Assembly: GCF_009914755.1 (NCBI RefSeq)
Contig: NC_060933.1
DNA length: 64,000 bases
Reading direction: 5' to 3' (one strand)
Source: the human T2T-CHM13v2.0 reference genome, Homo sapiens
Shown here: piece by piece, positions 15,751-30,300 of the stretch
Position numbering within the stretch: the stretch's first letter is position 1
Layout of the letters: every line of letters begins with the position of its first letter
Notes under the pieces: model-generated
What the model was told of the DNA's origin: nothing
Database searches by the model: none
Seen by the model: only the letters and a program-made list of their open reading frames with translations
Made by a program: the position numbers and the translations under genes

Positions 15751-18700
15751 ATTCCGTTCCATTCCATTCCATTCCATTGTATTCGGGTTAATTACATTCC
15801 ATTCCATTCCATTCCTTTCCATTCAATTACAATCGAGTTGATTCCATTCCATTCCATTCCATTCCATTCCATTCCATTCCAGTCCTTTCCATTCCATTCC
15901 ACTCGGGTTGATTCCATTCTATTAGTTTCCATTCCATTCCATTCCCTTCCATTCCACTCTGGTTGATTCCATTCCTTTCCATTCCACTCGAATACATTCC
16001 CTCCTATTCCACTCGGAACGATTGCGTTCCATTCCATTCCATTCCATTCCATTCCATTCCATTCCATTCCATTTCGTTCCATTCCATTCTATTCCGTATC
16101 ATTCCATTCCATTCCATTCGATTCCATTCCATTCCATTCCATTCCATTCCACTCGTGTTGATTCCATTCCTTTCCATTCCATTCGGTTTGAAGGTATTCC
16201 ATTCCATTCCATTCCATTCCATTCCATTCCATTCCATTGTACTCGGGTTGATTGCATTCCATTGCATTGCATTCCATTCCATTCCGTTGCATTCCATTCC
16301 ATTACATTCGGAATGATTCTATTCAACTCCCTTACTCTCCATTACATTCCATTCCATTCTGGTTGTTCCATTCCATTCCATTCCATTCCACTCCATTCCA
16401 TTGCACTCGGATTGATTCCATTCCACTCCATTCCATTCCATTCCATTCCATTCCATTCCGGATGATTCCATTCCATTGCATTCCGTTCCATTACATTCCC
16501 CTGCACTCGCGTTGATTCCATTCCATTCCATTCAATTCCATTCCATTACAATTCGTTACATTCCATTCTATTCCGTACCATTCCATTCCATTCCATACCA
16601 TTCCATTCCATTCCATTCCATTCCATTCCGTTCCATTCCGTTCCATTGCATTCCATTCCATTCTATTCGGGTTAATTCTATTCCATTCCGTTCCATTCCA
16701 TTCTATTCCATTCCATTGCAATCGAGTTGAATCCATTGCATTTCATTCCATTCCATTCCATTCCATTCCATTCCGTTCCTTTCCATTCCATTCCATTCCA
16801 TTCTATTCGGGTTAATTCCATTCCATTCCATTCGATTGCAATCGAGTTGATTCCATTCCATTGCATTCCATTCCATTCGATTCCATTCGATTGCACTCGG
16901 GTTGATTCCATTCCATTGCATTCCATTCCATTCCATTCCATTCCATTCCATTCCATTCCATTCAGTTCCATTCCTTTCCATTACATTCGGATTGATTCTA
17001 TTCAATTCCCTTACACTCCATTACATTCCATTCCATTCGGGTAGTTTCCAGTCCATACCATTCCATTCCTCTCCATTCCATTGCACTCGGGTTGATTCCA
17101 TTCCAATCCATTCCATTCCATTCCGGATGATTCCATTCCATTGCATTCCGTTCCATTACATTCCCCTGCACTCGGGTTGATTCCATTCCATTCCATTCCA
17201 TTCCATTCGATTCCATTCCATTCCCCTGCACTTGCGTTCATTCCATTCCATTCCATTCCATTCCTTTCCATTCCAGTCCTTTCCATTCCATTCCACTCGT
17301 GTTGATTCCATTCTATTAGTTTCCATTCCATTCCATTCCCTTCCATTCTACTCTGGTTGATTCCATTCCTTCCCATTCCACTCGAATACATTCCTTCCTA
17401 TTCCACTCGGAACGATTCCATTCCATTCCATTCCATTCCATTCCATTCCATTCCATTCCATTCCATTTCGTTCCATTCCATTCTATTCCGTATCATTCCA
17501 TTCCACTCCATTCCATTCCATTCCATTCCTTTCCATTCCACTCGTGTTGATTCCATTCCTTTCCATTCCATTCGGTTTGAAGGCATTCCAATCCATTCCA
17601 TTCCATTCCATTCCATTCCATTCCATTCCATTCCATTGTACTCGGGTTTATTCCATTCCGTTGCATTCCATTCCATTCCATTGCATTCCATTCCGTTGCA
17701 TTCCATTCCATTACATTCGGATTGATTCTATTCAACTCCCTTACTCTCCATTACATTCCATTCCATTCGGGTTGTTCCATTCCATTCCATTCCATTCCAC
17801 TCCATTCCATTGCACTTGGGTTGATTCCATTCCATTCCATTCCATTCCATTCCATTCCGGATGATTCCATTCCATTGCATTCCGTTCCATTACATTCCCC
17901 TGCACACGCGTTGATTCGATTCCATTCCATTCCATTCAATTCCATTCCATTACAATTCGTTCCATTCCATTCTATTCCGTACCATTCCATTCCATACCAT
18001 TCCATTCCATTCCATTCCATTCCATTCCGTTCCATTCCGTTCTATTCCATTCCATTCCATTCTATTCGGATTAATTCCATTCCATTCCATTCCATTCCAT
18101 TCTATTCCATTCCATTGCAATCGAGTTGAATCCATTGCATTTCATTCCATTCCATTCCATTCCATTCCGGAAGATTCCATTCCATTGCATTCCATTCCAT
18201 TGCATTCCCCTGCACTCGCGTTGATTCTATTCCATTCCATTCCATTCCATTCCGTTCCATTCCATTCCATTCCATTCCATTCCATTCCATTCCATTCCGT
18301 TCCGTTCCATTCCAGTCCATTCCATTCTATTCGGGTTAATTCCATTCCATTCCATTCGATTGCAATCGAGTTGATTCCATTCCATTCCATTCCATTCCAT
18401 TCCATTCCATTCCATTCCTTTCCATTCCATTACGGATGATTCCATTCCATTGCATTCCATTCCATTCCATTCCCCTGTACTCGGGTTGATTCCATTCCAT
18501 TCCATTCGAATACATGCCATTCCACTCGTGTTGATTCCATTCTTTCCATTCCATTCAAGTTGAATCCATTCCATTGCATTCCATTCCATTCGATTCCATT
18601 CGATTGCACTCGGGTTGATTCCATTCCATTGCATTCCATTCCATTCCATTCCATTACATTCGGATTGATTCTATTCAATTCCCTTACACTCCATTCCATT

Positions 18701-18959
18701 CCATTCCATTGGGGTAGTTTCCATTCCATTCCATTCCATTCCTCTCCATTCCATTGCACTCGGGTTGATTCCATTCCATTGCATTCCATTCTATTTCATT
18801 CCATTCCATTCCGTTCCATTCCATTCCATTACATTCGGATTGATTCTATTCAACTCCCTTACTCTCCATTACATTCCATTCCATTCGGGTTGTTCCATTC
18901 CATTCCATTCCATTCCACTTCATTCCATTGCACTCAGGTTGATTCCATTCCATTCCATT

Positions 18960-20010
18960 CCATTCCGGAATATTCCATTCCATTGCATTCCATTACATTC
19001 CATTCCCCTGCACTCGCGTTGATTCCATTCCATTCCATTCCATTCCATTCCATTCCATTCCTTTCCGTTCCATTCCATTCCATTCCATTCCATTCCGTTC
19101 CATTCCGTTCCAATCCATTCCATTCCATTCTATTCGGGTTAATTCCATTCCATTTCATTCGATTGCAATCGAGTTGATTCCATTCCATTCCATTCCATTC
19201 CTTTCCATTCCATTCCATTACGGATGATTCCATTCTATTGCATTCCATTCCATTCCATTCCCCTGTATTCGGGTTGATTCCATTCCATTCCATTCCAATC
19301 CATGCCATTCCACTCGTGTTGATTACATTCTTTCCATTCCATTCAAGTTGAATCCATTCCATTGCATTCCATTCCATTCGATTCCATTCGATTGCACTCG
19401 GGTTGATTCCATTCCATTGCATTCCATTCCATTCCATTTCATTCCATTCCATTCCTTTCCATTCCATTCCATTCCATTCAATTCCATTGCAATCGAGTTG
19501 ATTCCATTCCATTCCTTTCCATTCCATTCCATTGCCTTGCATTCCACTCGGGTTGATTCCATTCCCTTCTTTCCACTCCATTACATTCCCTTCCATTTCA
19601 CTCGCAATGATTGATTCCATTCCATTCCATTCCATTTCATTCCATTGCAATCCATTCCAATCCATTCCATTCCATTCCATTCCACTCGAGTTGATTTCAT
19701 TCCATTCCATTCCATTCCATTCCATTCCTTTCCACTCGAGTTGATTCCATTCCATGCCATTCCATTGCATTCCATTCCATGCCATTCCACTCGCGTTGAT
19801 TCCATTCCATTCCATTCCATTCCATTCCATTCCATTCCATTCCATTGCATTCCATTCCATTCCATTCCCCTGCACTCGGGTTGATTCCATTCCATTCCAT
19901 TCCATTTAATTCCATTCCATTCCATTCCATTCCATTCCAATCCGTTCCATTCCATTCCATTCCATTCTATTGCAATCGACTTGATTCCATTCCATTCCAT
20001 TCCATTCCAT
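18960..20010 (+). repeat. ~1.05-kb block duplicated at ~23345-24385
   Basis: Offset 4388: CTGTATTCGGG (19263/23651), GCAATCGACTTG (~19972/24360), CCATTTAATTCC; ORF starts 19348/23736 and 19645/24033. Confidence 0.85.
18962..18976. promoter_or_regulatory. ATTCC-GGAAT-ATTCC: perfect HSE formed by an exactly inverted pentamer (second copy 33379-33393)
   Basis: Read directly. Contains the overlapping 10-bp palindromes ATTCCGGAAT and GGAATATTCC. Confidence 0.55.
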
Positions 20011-23000
20011 TCCATTCCATTTTGTTCCAATCCATTCTATTCCGATCCATTCCATTCCATTCCATTCCATTCCATTCCATTCCATTCCATTCCATGCCAT
20101 TCCACTCGGGTTGATTCCATTCCTTTCCATTCCATTCGGGTTGAATCCATTCCACTCCATTCCATTCTATTCGAATCCATTCCATTGCACTCGGATTGAT
20201 TCCATTCCATTCCATTCCATTCGATTCCATTCCATTCCATTCCATTCCATTCCATTTCATTACGTTCAGATTGATTCTATTCAATTCCCTTACACTCCAT
20301 TATATTCCAATCCATTCTGGTTGTTTCCATTCCATTCCATTCCATTTCACTCCATTCCATTGCACTCGGTTTGATTCCATTCCATTCCATTCCATTCCAT
20401 TCCGGATGATTCCATTCCATTGCATTCCGTTCCATTCCATTCCCCTGCACTCAGGTTGATTCCATTCCATTCCATTCCACTCCATTCGGTTCCGTTCCAT
20501 TCCATTCTATTGCATTCCATTCTATTCGGGTTAATTCCATTCCATTCTATTCCATTCCATTCCATTCCATTCCATTCCATTGCAATACAGTTGATTCCAT
20601 TCCATTCCATTCTATTCCATTCCGGATGATTCCATTCCATTGCATTCCATTCCATTCCATTCCATTCCATTCCATTGCATTCCATTCCGTGTGATTCTAT
20701 TCCATTGCATTCCATTCCATTCCATTCCCCTGCACTCGTGTTGATTCCATTCCCTTCCATTCCATTCCATTCCGTTCCATTCCATTGCATTCCATTCTAT
20801 TCCGGTTAATTCCATTCCATTCCATTCGATTGCAATCGAGTTGATTCCATTCCATTCCATTCCATTCCATTCCATTCCATTCCTTTCCTTTCCATTCCAT
20901 TACGGATGATTCCATTCCATTGCATTCCATTCCATTCCATTCCCCTGTACTCGGGTTGATTCCATTCCATTCCATTCCAATCCATGCCATTCCACTCTTG
21001 TTGATTCCATTCTTTCCATTCCATTCAAGTTGAATCCATTCCATTGCATTCCATTCCATTCGATTCCATTCGATTGCACTCGGGTTGATTCCATTCCATT
21101 GCATTCCATTCCATTCCATTCCATTCCATTCCATTCCATTCCATTCCGTTCCATTCCATTCCATTACATTCGGATTGATTCTATTCAATTCCCTTACACT
21201 CCACTTCATTCCATTCCATTCGGGTAGTTTCCATTCCATTCCATTCCATTCCTCTCCATTCCATTGAACTCGGGTTGATTCCATTCCATTGCATTCCATT
21301 CCATTCCATTCAATTCCATTCCGTTCCATTCCATTCCATTACATTCGGATTGATTCAATTCAACTCCCTTACTCTCCATTACATTCCATTCCATTCGGGT
21401 TGTTCCATTCCATTCCATTCCATTCCACTCCATTCCATTGCACTCGGGTTTATTCCATTCCATTCCATTCCATTCCATTCCATTCCATTCCATTCCGGAA
21501 GATTCCATTCCATTGCATTCCATTCCATTACATTCCCCTGCACTCGCGTTGATTCCATTCCATTCCATTCCATTCCATTCCACTCCATTCCATTGCACTC
21601 GGGTTTATTCCATTCCATTCCATTCCATTCCATTCCATTCCATTCCATTCCGGAAGATTCCATTCCATTGCATTCCATTCCATTCCATTCCCCTGCATTC
21701 GCGTTGATTACATTCCATTCCATTCCATTCCATTCTATCCCATTCCTTTCCGTTCCATTCCATTCCATTCCATTCCATTCCAATCCATTCCATTCCGTTC
21801 CGTTCCGTTCCATTCCATTCCATTCCATTCTATTCGGTTTAATTCCATTCCATTCCATTCGATTGCCAACGAGTTGATTCCATTCCATTCCATTCCATTC
21901 CATTCCATTCCTTTCCATTCCATTACGGATGATTCCATTCCATTGCATTCCATTCCATTCCATTCCCCTGTACTCGGGTTGATTCCATTCCATTCCATTC
22001 CAATCCATGCCATTCCACTCGTGTTGATTCCATTCTTTCCATTCCATTCAAGTTGAATCCATTCCATTGCATTCCATTCCATTCCATTCCATTCCCCTGC
22101 AGTCGGGTTGTTTCCATTCCATTCCATTCCATTCCATTCCATTCCATTCCGTTCCGTTCCATTCCATTCCATTGCATTCTATTCGGGTTAATTCCATTCA
22201 ATTCCATTCCATTCCATTCCAATCGAGTTGATTCCATTCCATTCCATTCCATTCCATTCCACTCCATTCCAGTCCTTTCCATTCCATTCCACTCGGGTTG
22301 ATTCCAATGTATTCCTTTCCATTCCATTCCATTCCATTGCAATCGAGTTGATTCCATTGCTTTGCATTCCATTCCATTCCATTCCATTCCGGATGATTCC
22401 ATTCCATTGCATTCCATTCCATTCCATTCCCCTGCACTCGGGTTGATTCCATTCCATTCCTCTCCATTCCGTTCCATTCCATTCCATTGCATTGTATTCA
22501 GGTTAATTCCATTCCATTCCATTCCATTCCATTACAATTGAGTTGATTCCATTCCATTCCATTCCATTCCAGTCCTTTCCATTCCATTCCACTCGGGTTG
22601 ATTCCATTCTATTAGTTTCCATTCCATTCCATTCCGTTCCATTCCACTCTGGTTGATTCCATTCCTTTCCATTCCACTCGAATACATTCCCTCCTATTCC
22701 ACTCGGAACGATTCCATTCCATTCCATTCCATTCCATTCCATTCCATTCCATTCCATTTCGTTCCATTCCATTCTTTTCCGTATCATTCCATTCCATTCC
22801 ATTACATTTCATTCCATTCCATTCCATTCCATTACATTCCATTGTACTCGGGTTGATTCCATTCCATTGCATTCCATTCCATTCCATTCCATTCCATTCC
22901 GTTGCATTCCATTCCATTACATTCGGATTGATTCTATTCAACTCCCTTACTGTCCATTACATTCCATTCCATTCGGGTTGTTCCATTCCATTCCATTCCA

Positions 23001-24384
23001 TTCCACTCCATTCCATTGCACTCGGGTTGATTCCATTCCATTCCATTCCATTCCATTCCATTCCATTCCATTCCATTCCGGATGATTCCATTCCATTGCA
23101 TTCCGTTCCATTACATTCCCCTGCACTCGCGTTGATTCCATTCCATTCCATTCCATTCTATTCAATTCCATTCCATTACAATTCGTTCCATTCCATTCTA
23201 TTCCGTACCATTCCATTCCATTCCATACCATTCCATTCCATTCCATTCCATTCCATTCCATTCCATTCCATTCCGTTCCATTCCATTCCATTCTATTCGG
23301 GTTAATTCCATTCCATTCCATTCCATTCCATTCCATTCCATTCCATTCCGGAAGATTCCATTCCATTGCATTCCATTACATTCCATTCCCCTGCACTCGC
23401 GTTGATTCCATTCCATTCCATTCCATTCCATTCCATTCCATTCCTTTCCGTTCCATTCCATTCCATTCCATTCCATTCCGTTCCGTTACGTTCCAATCCA
23501 TTCCATTCCATTCTATTCGGGTTAATTCCATTCCATTTCATTCGATTGCAATCGAGTTGATTCCATTCCATTCCATTCCATTCCATTCCATTCCATTCCA
23601 TTCCATTACGGATGATTCCATTCCATTGCATTCCATTCCATTCCATTCCCCTGTATTCGGGTTGATTCCATTCCATTCCATTCCAATCCATGCCATTCCA
23701 CTCGTGTTGATTCCATTCTTTCCATTCCATTCAAGTTGAATCCATTCCATTGCATTCGATTCCATTCGATTCCATTCGATTGCACTCGGGTTGATTCCAT
23801 TCCATTGCATTCCATTCCATTCCATTTCATTCCATTCCATTCCTTTCCATTCCATTCCATTCCATTCAATTCCATTGCAATCGAGTTGATTCCATTCCAT
23901 TCCTTTCCATTCCATTCCATTGCCTTGCATTCCACTCGGGTTGATTCCATTCCCTTCTTTCCACTCCATTACATTCCCTTCCATTTCACTCACAATGATT
24001 GATTCCATTCCATTCCATTCCATTTCATTCCATTGCAATCCATTCCAATCCATTCCATTCCATTCCATTCCACTCGTGTTGATTTCATTCCATTCCATTC
24101 CATTCCATTCCATTCCTTTCCACTCGAGTTGATTCCATTCCATGCCATTCCATTGCATTCCATTCCATACCATTCCACTCGCGTTGATTCCATTCCATTC
24201 CATTCCATTCCATTCCATTCCATTCCATTCCATTGCATTCCATTCCATTCCATTCCCCTGAACTCGGGTTGATTCCATTCCATTCCATTCCATTTAATTC
24301 CATTCCATTCCATTCCATTCCATTCCAATCCGTTCCATTCCATTCCATTCCATTCTATTGCAATCGACTTGATTCCATTCCATT

Positions 24385-24830
24385 CCATTCTATTCCAGTC
24401 CTTTCCATTCCATTCCACTCGGGTTGATTCCATTCTATTAGTTTCCATTCCATTCCATTCCCTTCCATTCCACTCTGGTTGATTCCATTCCTTTCCATTC
24501 CACTCGAATACCTTTCCTCCTATTACACTCGGAACGATTCCATTCCATTCCATTCCATTCCAAGCCATTCCACTCGGGTTGATTCCATTCCTTTCCATTC
24601 CATTCCATTCCATTCCATTACAATCGAGTTGATTCCATTCCATTCCATTCTATTCCAGTCCTTTCCATTCCATTCCACTCGGGTTGATTCCATTCTATTC
24701 GTTTCCATTCCATTCCATTCCCTTCCATTCCACTCTGGTTGATTCCATTCCTTTCCATTCCACTCGAATACATTCCCTCCTATTACACTCGGAACGATTC
24801 CATTCCATTCCATTCCATTCCATTCCATTC
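24385..24830 (+). repeat. ~260-bp tandem duplication of the CTCGAATAC...CTCGGAACG cassette
   Basis: The private variant CCTATTACACTCGGAACG and TATTCCAGTCC each occur twice, 260 bp apart (ORF starts 24479/24739). Confidence 0.8.
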
Positions 24831-27344
24831 CATTCCATTCCATTCCATTTCTTTCCATTCCATTCTATTCCGTATCATTCCATTCCATTCCATTCCATTC
24901 CACTGTACTCGGGTTGATTCCATTCCATTGCAATCCATTCCATTCCATTCCATTCCATACCATTCCATTCCATTCCATTCCATTGCATTCCATTCCGTTC
25001 CATTCCATTACATTCGGATTGATTCTTTTGAACTCCCTTACTCTCCATTACATTCCATTCCATTCGGATTGTTCCATTCCATTCCATTCCATTCCACTCC
25101 ATTCCATTGAACTCGGGTTGATTCCATTCCATTCCATTCCATTCCATTCCGGATGATTCCATTCCATTGCATTCCGTTCCATTACATTCCCCTGCACTCA
25201 GGTTGATTCCATTCCATTCCATTCCATTACATTCGATTCCATTCCATTCCCCTGCACTCGCGTTGATTCCATTCCATTCCATTCCATTCCATTCCATTCC
25301 ATTCCTTTCCATTCCAGTCCTTTCCATTCCATTCCACTCGGGTTGATTCCATTCTATTAGTTTCCATTCCATTCCATTCCCTTCCTTTCCACTCTGGTTG
25401 ATTCCATTCCTTTCCATTCCACTCGAATACATTCCCTCCTATTTCACTAGGAACGATTCCATTCCATTCCATTGCATTCCATTACATTCTATTCGGATTA
25501 ATTCCATTCCATTCCATTCCATTCCATTCTATTCCATTCCATTGCAATCGAGTTGAATCCATTGCATTTCATTACATTCCATTCCTTTCCATTCCATTCC
25601 GGAAGATTCCATTCCATTGCATTCCATTCCATTCCATTCCCCTGCACTGGCGTTGATTCCATTCCATTCCATTCCATTCCATTCCGTTCCGTTCCATTCC
25701 ATTCCATTCCATTCCATTCCATTCCGTTCCGTTCCATTCCATTCCATTCCATTCTATTCGGGTTAATTCCATTCCATTCCATTCGATTGCAATCGAGTTG
25801 ATTCCATTCCATTCCATTCCATTCCATTCCATTCCATTCCATTCCTTTCCATTCCATTACGGTTGATTCCATTCCATTGCATTCCATTCCATTCCATTCC
25901 CCTGTACTCGGGTTGATTCCATTCCATTCCATTCCAATCCATGCCATTCCACTCGTGTTGATTCCATTCTTTCCATTCCATTCAAGTTGAATCCATTCCT
26001 TTGCATTCCATTCCATTCGATTCCATTTGATTGCACTCGGGTTGATTCCATTCCATTGCATTCCATTCCATTCCATTCCATTCCATTCCATTCCGTTCCA
26101 TTCCATTCCATTACATTTGGATTGATTCTATTCAATTCCCTTACACTCCATTACATTCCATTCGGGTAGTTTCCTTTGCATTCCATTCCATTCCTCTCCA
26201 TTCCATTGCACTCGGGTTGATTCCATTCCGTTGCATTCCATTCCATTCCATTCAATTCCATTCCGTTCCATTCCATTCCATTACATTCGGATTGATTCTA
26301 TTCAACTCCCTTACTCTCCATTACATTCGATTCCATTCGGGTTGTTCCATTCCATTCCATTCCATTCCTCTCCATTCCATTGCACTCGGGTTGATTCCAT
26401 TCCATTCCATTCCATTCCATTCCATTCCATTCCATTCCATTCCGGAAGATTCCATTCCATTGCATTCCATTCCATTCCATTCCCCTGCACTCGCGTTGAT
26501 TCCATTCAATTCCATTCCATTCCATTCCCTTCCATTCCATTCCAATCCATTCCGTTCCGTTCCGTTCCGTTCCATTCCATTCCATTCCATTCTATTCGGG
26601 TTAATTCCATTCCATTCCATTCGATTACAATCGAGTTGATTCCATTCCATTCCATTCCATTCCATTCCATTCCTTTCCATTCCATTACGGATGTTTCCAT
26701 TCCATTGCATTCCATTCCATTCCATTCCCCTGTACTCGGGTTGATTCCATTCCATTCCATTCCAATCCATGCCATTCCACTCGTGTTGATTCCATTCTTT
26801 CCATTCCATTCAAGTTGAATCCATTCCATTGCATTCCATTCCATTCCATTCCCCTGCAGTCTGGTTGTTTCCATTCCATTCCATTCCATTCCATTCCATT
26901 CCATTCCATTCCGTTCCGTTCCATTCCATTCCATTCCATTCTATTCGGGTTAATTCCATTCCATTCCATTCCATTCCATTCCATTCCATTCCAATCGAGT
27001 TGATTCCATTCCATTCCATTCCATTCTATTCCACTCAATTCCAGTCCTTTCCATTCCATTCCACTCGGGTTGATTCCAATGTATTCCTTTCCATTCCATT
27101 CCATTCCATTGCAATCGAGTTGAATCCATTGCTTTGCATTCCGTTCTATTCCATTCCATTCCGGATGATTCCATTCCATTGCATTCCATTCCATTCCATT
27201 CCCCTGCACTCGGGTTGATTCCATTCCATTCCACTCCATTCCGTTCCATTCCATTCCATTGCATTGTATTCGCGTTAATTCCATTCCATTCCATTCCATT
27301 CCATTCCATTCCATTACAATCGAGTTCATTCCATTCCATTCCAT

Positions 27345-30300
27345 TCCATTCCAGTCCTTTCCATTCCATTCCTCTCGGGTTGATTCCATTCTATTAGTTT
27401 CCATTCCATTCCATTCCCTTCCATTCCACTCTGGTTGATTCCATTCCTTTCCATTCCACTCGAATACATTCCCTCCTATTCCACTCGGAACGATTCCATT
27501 CCATTCCATTCCATTCCATTCCATTCCATTCCATTCCATTTCGTTCCATTCCATTCTATTCCGTATCCTTCCATTCCATTCCATTCCATTCCATTCCCCT
27601 GCAGTCGAGTTGTTTCCATTCCATTCCATTCCCTTCCATTCCATTCCATTCCATTCCATTCCGATCCGTTCCATTCCATTCCATTCCATTCTATTCGGGT
27701 TAATTCCATTCCATTCCATTCCATTCCATTCCATTCCATTCCATTCCATTCCAATCGAGTTGATTCCATTCCATTCCATTCCATTCCATTCCATTCCATT
27801 TCACTCCATTCCAGTCCTTTCCATTCCATTCCACTCGGGTTGATACCAATGTATTCCTTTCCATTCCATTCCATTCCATTGCAATCGAGTTGATTCCATT
27901 GCTTTGCATTCCATTCCATTCCATTCCATTCCGGATGATTCCATTCCATTGCATTCCATTCCATTCCATTCCTCTCCATTCCATTGCACTCGGGTTGATT
28001 CCATTCCATTCCATTCCATTCCATTCCATTACATTACATTACATTCCATTCCGTTCCTTTGTACTCGGGTTGATTCCATTCCATTGCATTCCATTCCATT
28101 CCATTCCATTCCATTCCATTCCATTCCATTCCGTTCGATTCCATTACATTCGGATTGATTCTATTCAACTCCCTTACTCTCCATTACATTCCATTCCATT
28201 CGGGTTGTTCCATTCCATTCCATTCCATTCCACTCCATTCCATTGTGCTCGGGTTGATTCCATTCCATTCCATTCCATTCCATTCCATTCAATTCCATTC
28301 CATTCCGGATGATTCCATTCCATTGCATTCCGTTCCATTACATTCCCTTGCACTCGGGTTGATTCCATTCCATTCCATTCCATTCCATTCCATTCCATTC
28401 CAATTCTTTCCATTCCATTCTATTCCGTACCATTCCATTCCATTCCATACAATTCCATTCCATTCCATTCCACTCCGTTCCGTTCCTTTCCGTTCTGTTC
28501 CGTTCCATTCCATTCCATTCCATTCTATTCGGTTTAATTCCATTCCATTCCATTCCATTCCATTCCATTCTATTTCATTCCATTGCAATCGAGTTGAATC
28601 CATTGCATTCCATTCCATTCCTTTCCATTCCGGAAGATTCCATTCCATTGCATTCCATTCTATTCCATTCCATTCCATTCCATTCCATTCCATTCCATTC
28701 CATTCCATTGTACTCGGGTTGATTCCATTCCATTGCATTCCATTCCATTCCATTCCATTCCGTTCCATTCCATTCCATTACATTCGGATTGTTTCTTTTC
28801 AACTCCCTTACTCTCCATTACATTCCATTCCATTCGGGTTGTTCCATTCCATTCCATTCCATTCCACTCCATTCCATTGCACTCGGCTTGATTCCATTCC
28901 ATTCCATTCCGGATGATTCCATTCCACTGCATTCCGTTCCATTACGTTTCCCTGCACTCGGGTTGATTCCATTCCATTCCTTTCCATTCCATTCGATTCC
29001 ATTCCCTTCCCCTGCACGCGCGTTGATTCCATTCCATTCCATTCCATTCCATTCCATTCCATTCCTTTCCATTCCATTCCTTTCCCTTCCATTCCATTCC
29101 ATTCCATTACATTCCGTTCCGTTCCATACCATTCCATTCCATTCTATTCGGGTTAATTCCATTCCATTCCATTCGATTGCAATCGAGTTGATTCCATTCC
29201 ATTCCATACCATTCGATTGCAATCGAGTTGATTCCATTCCATTCCATTCCATTCCATTCCATTCCAGTCCTTTCCATTCCTTTCCATTCCATTACTGATG
29301 ATTCCATTCCATTCCATTCCATTCCATTCCATTCCATTACATTCCATTCCATTCCGTTCCATTGTACTCGGGTTGATTCCATTCCATTGCATTCCATTCC
29401 ATTCCATTCCATTCCATTCCATTCCATTCCATTCCGTTCCATTCCATGACATTCGGATTGATTCTATTCAACTCCCTTACTCTCCATTACATTCCATTCC
29501 ATTGGGGTTGTTCCATTCCATTCCATTCCATTCCACTCCATTCCATTGCACTCGGGTTGATTCCATTCCATTCCATTCCATTCCATTCCATTCCACTGCA
29601 CTCGCGTTGATTCCATTCCATTCCATTCTATTCCATTCCATTCCCTTCCTTTCCGTTCCATTCCATTACATTCCATTCCATTCCCCTGCACTCGCGTTGA
29701 TTCCATTCCATTCCATTCCATTCCATTCCTTTCCATTCCAGTCCTTTCCATTCCATTCCACTCGGGTTGATTCCATTCTATTAGTTTCCATTCCATTCCA
29801 TTCCCTTCCATTCTACTCTGGTTGATTCCATTCCTTTCCATTCCACTCGAATACATTCCCTCCTATTCCACTCGGAACGATTCCATTCCATTCCATTCCA
29901 TTCCATTCCATTCCATTCCATTTCGTTCCATTCCATTCTATTCCGTATCCTTCCATTCCATTCCATTCCATTCCATTCCCCTGCAGTCGAGTTGTTTCCA
30001 TTCCATTCCATTCCCTTCCATTCCATTCCATTCCATTCCATTCCGATCCCTTCCATTCCATTCCATTCCATTCTATTCGGGTTAATTCCATTCCATTCCA
30101 TTCCATTCCATTCCATTCCATTCCATTCCAATCGAGTTGATTCCATTCCATTCCATTCCATTCCATTCCATTCCATTCCACTCCATTCCAGTCCTTTCCA
30201 TTCCATTCCACTCGGGTTGATACCAATGTATTCCTTTCCATTCCATTCCATTCCATTGCAATCGAGTTGATTCCATTGCTTTGCATTCCATTCCATTCCA

